From an uncultured bacterium (GTDB taxonomy: Bacteria; Babelota; Babeliae; Babelales; Babelaceae), in contig OY970332.1 in NCBI GenBank assembly GCA_963717435.1, positions 960,001 through 1,024,000 of the forward strand: a stretch of DNA of 64,000 nt, given 5' to 3'. Both the position numbers and the translations under genes were made by a program. Shown one piece after another: positions 29,665 to 39,145 of this stretch. Every line of letters begins with the position of its first letter. Position 1 is the first letter of the stretch. The notes beneath the pieces were generated by a model that worked only from the letters and a program-made list of their open reading frames with translations, was not told where the DNA came from and made no database searches.

Positions 29665-30821
29665 TTAACGACTCATATGCGGTAAACGTTGTTGGAGAAA
29701 TTCTCTTAGAAGCTATCAAATTGGGCGCGTCAGATATCCACTGCGAACCAGAAGAAGCGGGGCTGAGAATCAGATTCAGAATGGATGGCGTGCTTTATGA
29801 CAAAATGGTTATAGAGTCCGATTATGGCCTGCAGGTTATTTCAAGAATAAAAGTTATGGCCAATGTCAATGTCGCTGAAAAACGTTTGCCACAAGATGGA
29901 AAACTAAGCTTACAAATTAATAGTAATTTGGTTGATCTGCGTGTTTCGACTTTTCCAACTTTGCTTGGCGAAAAAGTTGTAATTAGAATTCTAGATAGAG
30001 AGAAAAACGCTATAACGCTAGAGAGTCTTGGTTTTGAATCGGATATGCTAGAAAAATTTAATCGACTTACACAGACCTCTAACGGTTTTTTTTTAGTCAC
30101 GGGCCCCACAGGCTCTGGAAAAACGACAAGTTTATATTCAGTTCTTTCAGTATTAAATTCGCCTGAAAAAAATATAATCACACTTGAAGATCCAATAGAA
30201 TATAAAATTTCTGGAATCACACAAGGACAAATAAATACAGATATCGGCTTTACTTTTGAGCGGGGGATCCGTGCGCTTTTGCGCCAGGACCCAGATATAA
30301 TAATGGTCGGTGAAATACGGGATCGTGAAACTGCGGAAGTCGCGATTCAAGCATCTTTAACTGGCCATCTTGTTTTAAGCACTTTGCATACCAACGACGC
30401 CGTAAGCGCCGTAATGAGACTGATCGACATGGGCATAGAGTCATTTCTGGTGAAAGCTGCGCTGACTGGTGTGTTGGCACAAAGATTGGCAAGAAAGTTG
30501 TGCCAAGATTGCAAATACGAAACAAAATTAGAAGAATATGAGTTTAGTCTTTTAAAAAAGTTTAATATAATTTTAGATAGCGCGTATAAAAGTAAGGGCT
30601 GCACAAACTGTAACGGACTTGGATATAAGGGACGGGCTGGGATTTTTTCTTTATTAGAATTTACAGAAAAATTTAGATCTTTAATAAATCAAAATCCACA
30701 ATTTGAAGATTTATATCAGCAAGCATTACAAGACGGATGCAAGCCATTAGTTTATGACGCAGCATTAAAAGTTTCTAAAGGGTTGATAAGTGTCTCAGAA
30801 TTAATCAGAACGGTGCTATGA
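29649..30821 (+). CDS. GspE/PilB-family secretion/pilus assembly ATPase
   Basis: ASDIH, RFRMDG, PQDG, GPTGSGKTT, LRQDPDIIMVGEIRD, TGHLVLSTLH and a tetracysteine motif. Confidence 0.93.
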   Translation: MENRMINDSYAVNVVGEILLEAIKLGASDIHCEPEEAGLRIRFRMDGVLYDKMVIESDYGLQVISRIKVMANVNVAEKRLPQDGKLSLQINSNLVDLRVSTFPTLLGEKVVIRILDREKNAITLESLGFESDMLEKFNRLTQTSNGFFLVTGPTGSGKTTSLYSVLSVLNSPEKNIITLEDPIEYKISGITQGQINTDIGFTFERGIRALLRQDPDIIMVGEIRDRETAEVAIQASLTGHLVLSTLHTNDAVSAVMRLIDMGIESFLVKAALTGVLAQRLARKLCQDCKYETKLEEYEFSLLKKFNIILDSAYKSKGCTNCNGLGYKGRAGIFSLLEFTEKFRSLINQNPQFEDLYQQALQDGCKPLVYDAALKVSKGLISVSELIRTVL

Positions 30822-33196
30822 AATATATTAAATTTTTTGAAGATATAAATATTCACGATATTAATCTTGTTGGTGGCAAAAATAGCTCTATAGGGGAGAT
30901 GATAAAAAATTTGTCATCTTTTGGAATTCTCGTTCCTGACGGTTTTGCAATAACTTCAGAAGCTTACTGGTACTATTTAGAATATAATAATTTGCTTGAA
31001 AAAATGCGTAATATTATGAGCAAGTTGGAAACGCCGTCTGATGTAAAAACTTTGCAGTCCGTTGGCGAACAAGTAAGAGAATTAATTTTAAAAGGTGATT
31101 TCCCAGAAGAGTTATCTTCAGAAATAGTGAAGGCTTATCATGAACTTTCAAAGCGCTATAAACAAGAAAATTGTGATGTTGCAGTAAGATCTTCCGCAAC
31201 TGCCGAAGATTTGCCCAACGCATCTTTTGCAGGACAACAAGAAACTTTTTTAAATGTTAATGGCGACATTAGTTTGCTTATAGCCGTTAAAAAGTGCCTA
31301 GCATCTTTATTCACCGATAGGGCGATAATTTATAGAATCGAAAACAAATTTGATCATTTTAAAGTTGCGCTTTCTGTTGGCATTCAAAAAATGGTTAGAT
31401 CAGATCTTGCATGCTCGGGCGTAGCATTTTCTCTTGATACTGAAACTGGATTTAAAGATGTTGTCGAAATAAGCTCGTCTTATGGACTTGGCGATTCGAT
31501 AGTGCAAGGAATCGTTAACCCAGATGAATTTTGTGTGCATAAAAAAACTTTGGAGCTTGGCTTTGAACCCATAATAAAAAAATATTTGGGTAATAAAGAA
31601 ACAAAAATTGTTTACGGCAAAACTCAAACAACTACGGTAAAAGTAGAAAAAAAAGATCAAGCAAGATTTTCTCTTAGCGATCAAGAAATTTTAGAACTAT
31701 CTAAGTTTGTTATAAGAATCGAAGATTATTACTCTAAGCTACGCGGCGCTTGGTCCCCAATGGATGTTGAATGGGCAAAAGATGGCATCGATGGTAAAAT
31801 ATATATTGTTCAGGCCCGTTCTGAAACTGTACACTCTCTTTTGCGCGTAGACAAACTTGTAAGATATCATCTGGCCCATCCAAATCAAGCCAAAGAAGTT
31901 CTTGTTACGGGCTTAAGTATCGGTCAAAAGATAGCTTATGGAAAAGTTAGAGTTATAAAATCTGCCAAAGAAATTTCTAAGTTTGAAACGGGTGATATAT
32001 TAGTTACTGGCATGACCGATCCAGATTGGGTGCCGATTATGAAAAAAGCTGCTGCTATAATAACGGACCGGGGCGGCAGAACATGTCATGCTGCTATTGT
32101 TAGTCGTGAGCTTGGGATACCCGCAGTTATTGGAACGCACACCGCAACAGAGATTTTAAAAAACGGGCAGTCTGTTACTGTAGACTGTTCACATGGAAGC
32201 TTGGGGCAAGTTTATTCTGGTATTTTGCCTTTTGAGATAGATATTACAGAACTAAAAAGTTTACCCAAACCCCCAGTTGAAGTTATGATGAACATAGCTG
32301 ATCCTAATAGAGCGTTCGAAGCTTCGTTTTTGCCAGTTAGTGGTGTGGGGCTTGCTCGAATCGAATTTATAATTAACTCGATAATTAAAGTTCATCCACT
32401 TGCAGTTTTATTTCCTGAAAAAATTAAAAACAAAAAAACTCTGGAAAAAATTAATCAACTGGCAGTAGGCTACGGCAGTTTGCAAGAATTTTTTGTAAGC
32501 TCTTTGGCTCAGGGAATAGCGACAATAGCGGGCGCTTTCTATCCAAAAACTGTTATAGTCAGACTTTCAGATTTTAAGAGCAACGAATATCGTGGTCTTA
32601 TAGGCGGTGAATATTTTGAGCCTGATGAAGAGAATCCCATGATAGGATTTCGCGGCGCAATTAGGTATTGCAGCGAAATGTATGCCCCTGCATTTGCACT
32701 TGAATGCGAGGCGATAAAACGTGCGCGTGAAGTTATGGGTTTTAAAAATATTAAGGTTATGGTGCCGTTTGTAAGAACAGTTTATGAAGCTCAGTGTGCA
32801 TTAAGTGCTTTAAGTCAAAATGGCTTAGATAAAGAGAAAAACGATCTTGAAGTTTATATGATGTGCGAAGTGCCATCTAACGTATTATTAATAGACGAGT
32901 TTGCAAAAATATTTGATGGTTTTTCTATCGGCTCCAACGATCTTACTCAGTTAACTTTGGGTGCTGATAGAGATTCTAATTTATTGGGTGTTACTTTTAA
33001 TGAACAAGATCCAGCTGTTCTTAAATTTTTAAAAATGGCCATAGACGGCGCAAAAAAGTCTGGCAAATATATTGGAATTTGCGGCCAGGCGCCTTCAGAT
33101 TTTCCTGAATTTGCAGATTTTATCATTAAAGCTGGCATAGATTCTGTTTCTTTGAACCCAGATTCTGTTATCCCATTTTTAATGAGATATAAGTAA
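30818..33196 (+). CDS. ppsA: phosphoenolpyruvate synthase
   Basis: VAVRSSATAEDLPNASFAGQQET, GGRTCHAAIVSRE (phospho-His) and FSIGSNDLTQ. Confidence 0.97.
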   Translation: MKYIKFFEDINIHDINLVGGKNSSIGEMIKNLSSFGILVPDGFAITSEAYWYYLEYNNLLEKMRNIMSKLETPSDVKTLQSVGEQVRELILKGDFPEELSSEIVKAYHELSKRYKQENCDVAVRSSATAEDLPNASFAGQQETFLNVNGDISLLIAVKKCLASLFTDRAIIYRIENKFDHFKVALSVGIQKMVRSDLACSGVAFSLDTETGFKDVVEISSSYGLGDSIVQGIVNPDEFCVHKKTLELGFEPIIKKYLGNKETKIVYGKTQTTTVKVEKKDQARFSLSDQEILELSKFVIRIEDYYSKLRGAWSPMDVEWAKDGIDGKIYIVQARSETVHSLLRVDKLVRYHLAHPNQAKEVLVTGLSIGQKIAYGKVRVIKSAKEISKFETGDILVTGMTDPDWVPIMKKAAAIITDRGGRTCHAAIVSRELGIPAVIGTHTATEILKNGQSVTVDCSHGSLGQVYSGILPFEIDITELKSLPKPPVEVMMNIADPNRAFEASFLPVSGVGLARIEFIINSIIKVHPLAVLFPEKIKNKKTLEKINQLAVGYGSLQEFFVSSLAQGIATIAGAFYPKTVIVRLSDFKSNEYRGLIGGEYFEPDEENPMIGFRGAIRYCSEMYAPAFALECEAIKRAREVMGFKNIKVMVPFVRTVYEAQCALSALSQNGLDKEKNDLEVYMMCEVPSNVLLIDEFAKIFDGFSIGSNDLTQLTLGADRDSNLLGVTFNEQDPAVLKFLKMAIDGAKKSGKYIGICGQAPSDFPEFADFIIKAGIDSVSLNPDSVIPFLMRYK

Positions 33197-33292
33197 AAAC
33201 TTCAAAATTTTTTGTAGATTTTTAAAAATTATTTTTCTATGCTGTCCTGCGAATTTTCAGATTAATCTTAACAACAGATTTGGTGGGCCAGT

Positions 33293-34312
33293 ATGAGCAA
33301 AAAAATAATCTTCATGCTTATTTTTTTTAGTAGTTTTCATAACTTTAATAACTTAAAAGCAACTTTAGGTGATTATTTAAGATCACTTTTCCCATCTACA
33401 AATACATCTGGACCTGTACTAGTACCTGCAACCACACCAGAATTTGCACCAATAATAACACCCGCAGCGGGGCAACAAGTTTTGCCGCAGTTTGGCCCAG
33501 AGAATCTTGCAAAATTTAGCCCATTAGAAATTTTAGTTTTACAACTTGTTAGTCAAAATCAAAAACTGTTAGAAGCGCTTAATTCTCTCGTTTTAAATCA
33601 AAATCAAAAATTTGCTGAAATTTTTGCGAGCTTATCAGCCCGTAATTCTAACGTAATAGTAAGTTTGCATGCAGACAATTCTAGTGCTAATTTAGCTTCT
33701 AGTTCTAGTTCTAGTTCTAGTTCTAGTTCTAGTTCTAGTTCGGGCACTGTCACAAATACGAATATAAATAAGCCAGTAGTAATTCAAGAGATTCAAAACA
33801 CGATTAAAATAGTTAATAATAGTGCACAAGAATTTTGGGGCAAATATAAAACACAAATTTTTTTTGCGAGCATAATCACAGTATATTTAGGCTCAGTTTA
33901 TAAAATCAGAAATTTAAACAGCATTTTAAACAGCAATCAGGCAATTTCAAATTGTTGGTATCCCGGCCAAAATCTTTCTGAGATTATGCTAGTGCCAACC
34001 GGTAAATTAACAGAAGATCTTATTCAAGTAATCTGCGATAAATATGCGGGTGTAGATTCGATTTCAAATGCAACTATGCCTATGGCAAAATTTTTGTTGG
34101 CGATAGAGTCTGAAAAAAATATGCTTTCAAATTATACCCGAATTGGCAAAATTTTAACCACAATAAAATTGGGGCGCATATTCTGGCTCGATAATAATAT
34201 TATTAATAATCACAAAGACAGGTTGGCAAAACTTAATTACATGCAAAAGCTATTCGAAGATTTTATGTCAAAAAGTTTTAAACAAAAAATAACTTCTTCA
34301 GCTCATGTATAA
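33293..34312 (+). CDS. hypothetical exported protein with a poly-Ser tract
   Basis: Signal-like N-terminus, 15-Ser run, internal TM. Confidence 0.7.
   Translation: MSKKIIFMLIFFSSFHNFNNLKATLGDYLRSLFPSTNTSGPVLVPATTPEFAPIITPAAGQQVLPQFGPENLAKFSPLEILVLQLVSQNQKLLEALNSLVLNQNQKFAEIFASLSARNSNVIVSLHADNSSANLASSSSSSSSSSSSSSSGTVTNTNINKPVVIQEIQNTIKIVNNSAQEFWGKYKTQIFFASIITVYLGSVYKIRNLNSILNSNQAISNCWYPGQNLSEIMLVPTGKLTEDLIQVICDKYAGVDSISNATMPMAKFLLAIESEKNMLSNYTRIGKILTTIKLGRIFWLDNNIINNHKDRLAKLNYMQKLFEDFMSKSFKQKITSSAHV
33698..33739 (+). repeat. hexanucleotide tandem repeat (TCTAGT)x7
   Basis: Perfect repeat encoding poly-Ser. Confidence 0.95.
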
Positions 34313-34334
34313 AATTATAAACCAGTAAATTAGC

Positions 34335-34592
34335 TTAACTACTTTTTTTAACCAAAATAGTTCGAACCGGCGCCCTTAAGTGTAGACATTTTGAGCATTT
34401 ATTTCCATGCTTTGCCAAAATCTCATAATTTTTGCAATCACAGGCGCATTTAACAAAATATGGTACTTTATAGTCGTAGCCCAGCTTTAAATTTGTATGT
34501 TTACTGTTATCCATACAACCAACTTGAGCATAAATTTTATCTGTTTTTATTGCGCATAAAATTATAAACAGCACAATTATTAATTTCTTCAT
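34335..34592 (-). CDS. small secreted Cys-rich protein
   Basis: Signal peptide; GCMD, CACDC and CSKCLH. Confidence 0.65.
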   Translation of the reverse strand: MKKLIIVLFIILCAIKTDKIYAQVGCMDNSKHTNLKLGYDYKVPYFVKCACDCKNYEILAKHGNKCSKCLHLRAPVRTILVKKSS

Positions 34593-34610
34593 GAAACCCC
34601 CATTTCCCCT

Positions 34611-34814
34611 TTAATTCTGAGCCGCTTTCATGCTCTCAAGAATCTTTTGTATCTTTTCTACACGTGCGTTATTTGCGGTTTGATTGTTATTATCAACAAA
34701 AAACGGTCGCATAGGTCTATGTTTTTCATCGTGGCATACTGGGCAAGCAAAAGAACTGCCCAAAGATGTTATACTTACTGCAATTATTAATATTTTTAAG
34801 ATTTTATTTACCAT
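34611..34814 (-). CDS. small secreted protein with CxxCH
   Basis: Signal peptide ending SFA, followed directly by CPVCH. Confidence 0.6.
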   Translation of the reverse strand: MVNKILKILIIAVSITSLGSSFACPVCHDEKHRPMRPFFVDNNNQTANNARVEKIQKILESMKAAQN

Positions 34815-35026
34815 TTTAACCCCTTATTTAATTAAAACATTATCCCTTTCTGATATAATAATAGATTATAATATTTTCAAATTGCAATAATTTGGCTATA
34901 AATATTTTTTAATCAGATAAATTTTGACGAGATTTATAATTCTGCGTAACAAAAAATACATATTCTGCTATTATTTAAATAATAGGCAGTTCAAAATTTA
35001 ATTTTTTATACACATAAGGCGAAATT

Positions 35027-36517
35027 ATGCTTAATTTAAAACAATTTTTTCTTGTAATTTCATGTTTTGCCTTAAGTTCGGTGTGGGGAATGGAAGATGT
35101 TCCACAAAGTACTGGACAACTTCCTAGCCCTGAAGAACAGAAATTTATAAAGCACATTGTTCAATGGACATCAAAACCAGTTACTTATAAATCAGGCGAT
35201 GATGTTACAACTATCCCGGGATTTAAAAAATTTCTCGCGTTCAGGTTGGTTTTGCAAGAAGAACTCTCTACTCAAAATGCAGAACTTATTAAAAAAATAA
35301 CTGGTTTTGTAAGATCATATGCAGAGGCGAAGTGTCTAGTCAAAAATTTTAATAAGAGCGCTTGGTCAATATCATGGAATCTAAATGGCGATTATGCTAT
35401 TTCTGCGGAAAATGGGGATTCAATTTATTTATGGGATTTAAAAAATAAAAAAGACCCTAGGCTCGATAAAACAATTGCTGTCCCATTCTGCGGATGTGTA
35501 TCGCGGAGTCCGAATAGTAATTATGTTCTTTGCGGCACCGAGAATGAGTTGGTTATATTGCTGAATTTAAGAAATGGAAAAGCTGAATTTTTGAAGGTGC
35601 ACCGCAACGTAGTTTCCAGCGTATGTTGGAGTCCGGACGGTAACTATGGTCTTTCCGGTTCATGGGATTTTACCATTAAACTATGGGATTTAAGAGATAA
35701 AGAAAATCCTAAACTAGTTATAACCTTGGATGCGGGTCGTAATGGGGGGGTTCCTTCAGTGAGTTTTAGCCCAGATGGCAACTACGCACTTTCTGGGCAT
35801 TTGTATTCAAAAATTTTCTTGTGGGATTTAAGAGATAAAGAAAAACCTAATCCTAATCCAGTTGCAAGTTTAAGCGTGCCTACACGGGGTGCTTATTCAG
35901 TGTCATGGAGCCCTGATGGCAATTATGCTCTTTCTGGAGCTGATAAAGCAATTTTGTTATGGGATTTAAGAGATAAAGAAAAACCTGAAGCAGATCCAGT
36001 TATAATTTTAAAGGGACACACAAAAGGGGGCGTTGAGTCAGTATCATGGAGCTCAGACGGAAATTATGCCCTTTCCTGTGCAGGGGATGAAACAATAAAG
36101 TTATGGGATTTAAGAAATAAAAAGAATCCTAAGACTGACCCAGTTGCAACTTTAGCCGGCCAGGGTCAATTTGTTAATTCAGTATCATGGAGTCCTAAAG
36201 AAAATTATGCACTTTCTGGTTCTAAATTTGCGAACGTGTGCGAGCATGGAACGAAATTGTGGGATTTGGGAAAACTAGTAGCACTCGCAGAATTGCCAGA
36301 AGAAATTATGAAGTGGAAAGATAATTATGGTGATTATAACGGTGTATTAAAATATCTGTTACTTAAATCTATATTTGAACAGCAAGAAAATTCAAAACAT
36401 CCGCAATACAAAACGCCATTTAGAATTAGTTATAAAAAAGTAAAAGAAATATTTGATGCTTTCCCAAAAATCTTAAAAGACGCATTTATTGCGCAAAATT
36501 ATGTTGTGTTGGGATAA
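35027..36517 (+). CDS. WD40-repeat protein with signal peptide
   Basis: About seven repeats of SVSWSPDGNYALSG...IKLWDL. Confidence 0.92.
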   Translation: MLNLKQFFLVISCFALSSVWGMEDVPQSTGQLPSPEEQKFIKHIVQWTSKPVTYKSGDDVTTIPGFKKFLAFRLVLQEELSTQNAELIKKITGFVRSYAEAKCLVKNFNKSAWSISWNLNGDYAISAENGDSIYLWDLKNKKDPRLDKTIAVPFCGCVSRSPNSNYVLCGTENELVILLNLRNGKAEFLKVHRNVVSSVCWSPDGNYGLSGSWDFTIKLWDLRDKENPKLVITLDAGRNGGVPSVSFSPDGNYALSGHLYSKIFLWDLRDKEKPNPNPVASLSVPTRGAYSVSWSPDGNYALSGADKAILLWDLRDKEKPEADPVIILKGHTKGGVESVSWSSDGNYALSCAGDETIKLWDLRNKKNPKTDPVATLAGQGQFVNSVSWSPKENYALSGSKFANVCEHGTKLWDLGKLVALAELPEEIMKWKDNYGDYNGVLKYLLLKSIFEQQENSKHPQYKTPFRISYKKVKEIFDAFPKILKDAFIAQNYVVLG

Positions 36518-36540
36518 GCTCAAATAAATTTAACGAAAAA

Positions 36541-37455
36541 TTATATCTCTAAGATTTTGCTCGGTGTTTCAATTTTGAAGCCCTGAGTTTGTCCAATCTC
36601 ATTTATAAATTGTCTAATATTTTCTGCATATTCAGGGTCCTGAAGAGAGTAACTAATAACAGCTTTTACCCAGCCTGCAGGCACGCCAATATCAAATCGT
36701 GTGCCCTGTAATTTGTAACCAAAAACGCGTTCGCCATTTTGTGTCATGTGGTTAATGGCGTCAGTGAGTTGCATTTCGCCTTGGGCATAAGAACTGATTT
36801 CTTCTAAGCTTGTAAATATTTTGTTTGAAAGAATATATCTTCCCACAATTGCCAAATTAGAGGGGGCATTTTTGGGACTAGGTTTTTCGACCATTCCCGA
36901 AAGCTGAAAAAGATTTGGTGTGATCTGCTTTTTTATGCTAACGACTCCGTAAGAAGACACCTGATTTGACGGAACTTCTTGAAGCGCAATTACACTGGCT
37001 TTTTCTTGGCGCGCGATTCTGATAAGTTGCGCAAGAGCGGGTTGCTTTGACATAATTATGTCATCAGGAAGTGCAATTGCAAAATGTTCTTTGCCAATAT
37101 AATGACGAGCGAGCCAGATAGCATGACCCAGCCCTAGTGGCTCAGTTTGTCTTATATAAGCAAAATTGGCGCATCTTGAAATGCGCTCAGTTGTTTCTAT
37201 TAATTCTGATTTATTTTTTTCTTTTAAAAAAGATTCAAGCCAAGGATTATAATCGAAATGATCTTCTATAGAACTTTTTCCCTTGCCAGTTATTAATAGC
37301 ATGTTATTAATTTCAGAGCTTAGAGCCTCTTCGATTATATGCTGTATCGCAGGTTTTTTAATAAGTGGCAGCATCTCTTTTGGAATTGCTTTTGTATAAG
37401 GCAAAAATCTAGTTCCAAGTCCTGCCGCGGGGATAACTGTTTTTAAGACTTCCAT
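36541..37455 (-). CDS. galU: UTP--glucose-1-phosphate uridylyltransferase
   Basis: VIPAAGLGTRFLPYTKAIPKEMLP, QTEPLGLGHA and VEKP. Confidence 0.95.
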   Translation of the reverse strand: MEVLKTVIPAAGLGTRFLPYTKAIPKEMLPLIKKPAIQHIIEEALSSEINNMLLITGKGKSSIEDHFDYNPWLESFLKEKNKSELIETTERISRCANFAYIRQTEPLGLGHAIWLARHYIGKEHFAIALPDDIIMSKQPALAQLIRIARQEKASVIALQEVPSNQVSSYGVVSIKKQITPNLFQLSGMVEKPSPKNAPSNLAIVGRYILSNKIFTSLEEISSYAQGEMQLTDAINHMTQNGERVFGYKLQGTRFDIGVPAGWVKAVISYSLQDPEYAENIRQFINEIGQTQGFKIETPSKILEI

Positions 37456-37479
37456 TACTACTCCTGTTTAAATCTGTAC

Positions 37480-38526
37480 TTAGAACTGCTTTAAAAACTC
37501 TAATTTCGTACTGTGTAATAATCTTATGTCATTAATTCCATATTTTAACATCACTAGTCTTGTAAGACCAAATCCAAATGCAAAGCCACTATATTCTTCC
37601 GGGTTAATATTACAAGATTTTAATACGTTAGGGTGCACCAATCCTGCCCCACAAATTTCTATCCAACGTGTTTTTTTGCATACTGAACAGCCTGCCGTAC
37701 AAAACGGACATGTTATATCTATTTCAACACCGGGTTCCACAAATGGAAAATATCCAGGTCTTACTCTGATTTTTAAATCGCTTTTGCCAAATAGATTTTG
37801 CAAGAAAACTTTTGCTGTCGCAAAAAGATTTGCAAGCGAGACGTTTTTATCGATAAACAAAATTTCACATTGCATGAACATATAATCATGTGATGCATCT
37901 GTTGCCTCACTTCTATAGCACCTGCCGGGTATCGCGACAGCTATTGGTGGTTTTCGTTCAAGCATTGCATGGGCTTGAACACTTGAAGTATGTGTTCGCA
38001 TTACCATATTAGGAATATCGAGCCAGAAAGTATCATGCATGTCTCTGGCAGGGTGATCTTTTGGAATATTTAATGTTTCAAAATTAAAAAAATCGGTGTC
38101 TATTTCTGGGCCGCTTATAATTTCATAACCCATAGATATTAGAATATCTTCTATCTGTTCTATTGTTTGAGTATATGGGTGAAGACTGCCGAATTTTGTA
38201 AATGGCTTGTATGCTGTGACGTCAAAAGAGGCTTGTTTCGCTTCTTGCGCATCAAACATCTCTTTTTCTAATTTATTTTTTTTCTCTTCAAAAATATTAT
38301 TTGTTTCTTGTTTTAAATTATTAAAACGTGGGCCATAGATTTTTTTTTCTTCTAGCGATAGTTCTTTAAGACTAGAAATAAAATTTGAAATTATTCCGCC
38401 ACGAGATAGATATTCTATTCTTATAGATTCAAGCTCTTCTTGGGTGTTGGCAGTTGCTACTTTTTGCGTGAATTCTTGAGTTATTTCTGTAATTTTTTTA
38501 TCAATATTACTATTATCTTGGTTCAT
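37480..38526 (-). CDS. pheS: phenylalanine--tRNA ligase alpha subunit
   Basis: HPARDMHDTF, RTHTS, YFPFVEP and GFAFGFGLTR. Confidence 0.97.
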   Translation of the reverse strand: MNQDNSNIDKKITEITQEFTQKVATANTQEELESIRIEYLSRGGIISNFISSLKELSLEEKKIYGPRFNNLKQETNNIFEEKKNKLEKEMFDAQEAKQASFDVTAYKPFTKFGSLHPYTQTIEQIEDILISMGYEIISGPEIDTDFFNFETLNIPKDHPARDMHDTFWLDIPNMVMRTHTSSVQAHAMLERKPPIAVAIPGRCYRSEATDASHDYMFMQCEILFIDKNVSLANLFATAKVFLQNLFGKSDLKIRVRPGYFPFVEPGVEIDITCPFCTAGCSVCKKTRWIEICGAGLVHPNVLKSCNINPEEYSGFAFGFGLTRLVMLKYGINDIRLLHSTKLEFLKQF

Positions 38527-38717
38527 AATTATATCTTAATTAATTATCTTAGTTGTTAGCTTAATTATTTTTTTACATATAAGTTAAAAATATATTTGTA
38601 ATACTAACAAAGGGGATTTTTGATTGCAACTTAGTATTTATATTTGCATGCTATTAATAACAGTGCTTATATATGACAGTTATAGTGGTAATTATGGGGA
38701 TAAATTTTAGAAAATCG

Positions 38718-38745
38718 TTGACAAAACTTACCCAGACGGTAGATT
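38718..38745 (+). promoter_or_regulatory. putative sigma70 promoter of tRNA-Phe
   Basis: TTGACA-16bp-TAGATT, about 25 bp upstream of the tRNA. Confidence 0.5.
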
Positions 38746-38769
38746 AATAGTACTTTTTAGTTAACTAAT

Positions 38770-38844
38770 GCCGAGGTAGCTCAGTGGTAGAGCAGAAGCC
38801 TGAAGAGCTTCGTGTCGGAGGTTCGATTCCTTCTCTCGGCACCA
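38770..38844 (+). tRNA. tRNA-Phe(GAA)
   Basis: Anticodon arm gaagc-ctGAAga-gcttc; encoded CCA. Confidence 0.96.
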
Positions 38845-38873
38845 TCCTGCGCTAAAGCTCCGGATGGCGGGCC
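38842..38873. repeat. REP-like palindrome, family A, fused to the tRNA-Phe CCA
   Basis: CCAtcc-tgcgctaaagctcc-ggaTGG-cgggcc. Confidence 0.85.
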
Positions 38874-38933
38874 AGTCTCTTATCACCAGATAAATTACCA
38901 CAAATACTTTCGATATTTTACAAGATCCAAGAT

Positions 38934-38999
38934 GGCGCTCGCCCTGAGTGTTTTTCGCAGCTCTTCAGAGCGCAGAAAAATGTATCGAACGGGTGCGCC
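38934..38999. repeat. REP-like palindrome, family B
   Basis: ggcgctcgccctgagtgtttttcgcagctcttcagagcgcagaaaaatgtatcgaacgggtgcgcc. Confidence 0.85.
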
Positions 39000-39145
39000 G
39001 GGAATTTAAAACCCGTTTTTGTGCGGGTTTTTTTATATCTAATTTACTCTGCGCTTTACTTGTTGATTTTTTGTACTAGTGTTATAATTTAAAGACAAGA
39101 AATTAAATTATAGATATCTGAAAAGAAATTTATGCCGAAAGGTTA

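Noticed and set aside
35380-36270. Regularly spaced DNA repeats resembling a CRISPR array
   Set aside because: They are in-frame WD40 coding repeats inside an ORF.
38812-39009. 65-aa ORF after tRNA-Phe
   Set aside because: Made up of the tRNA 3' end and two palindromic repeats; no coding signal.
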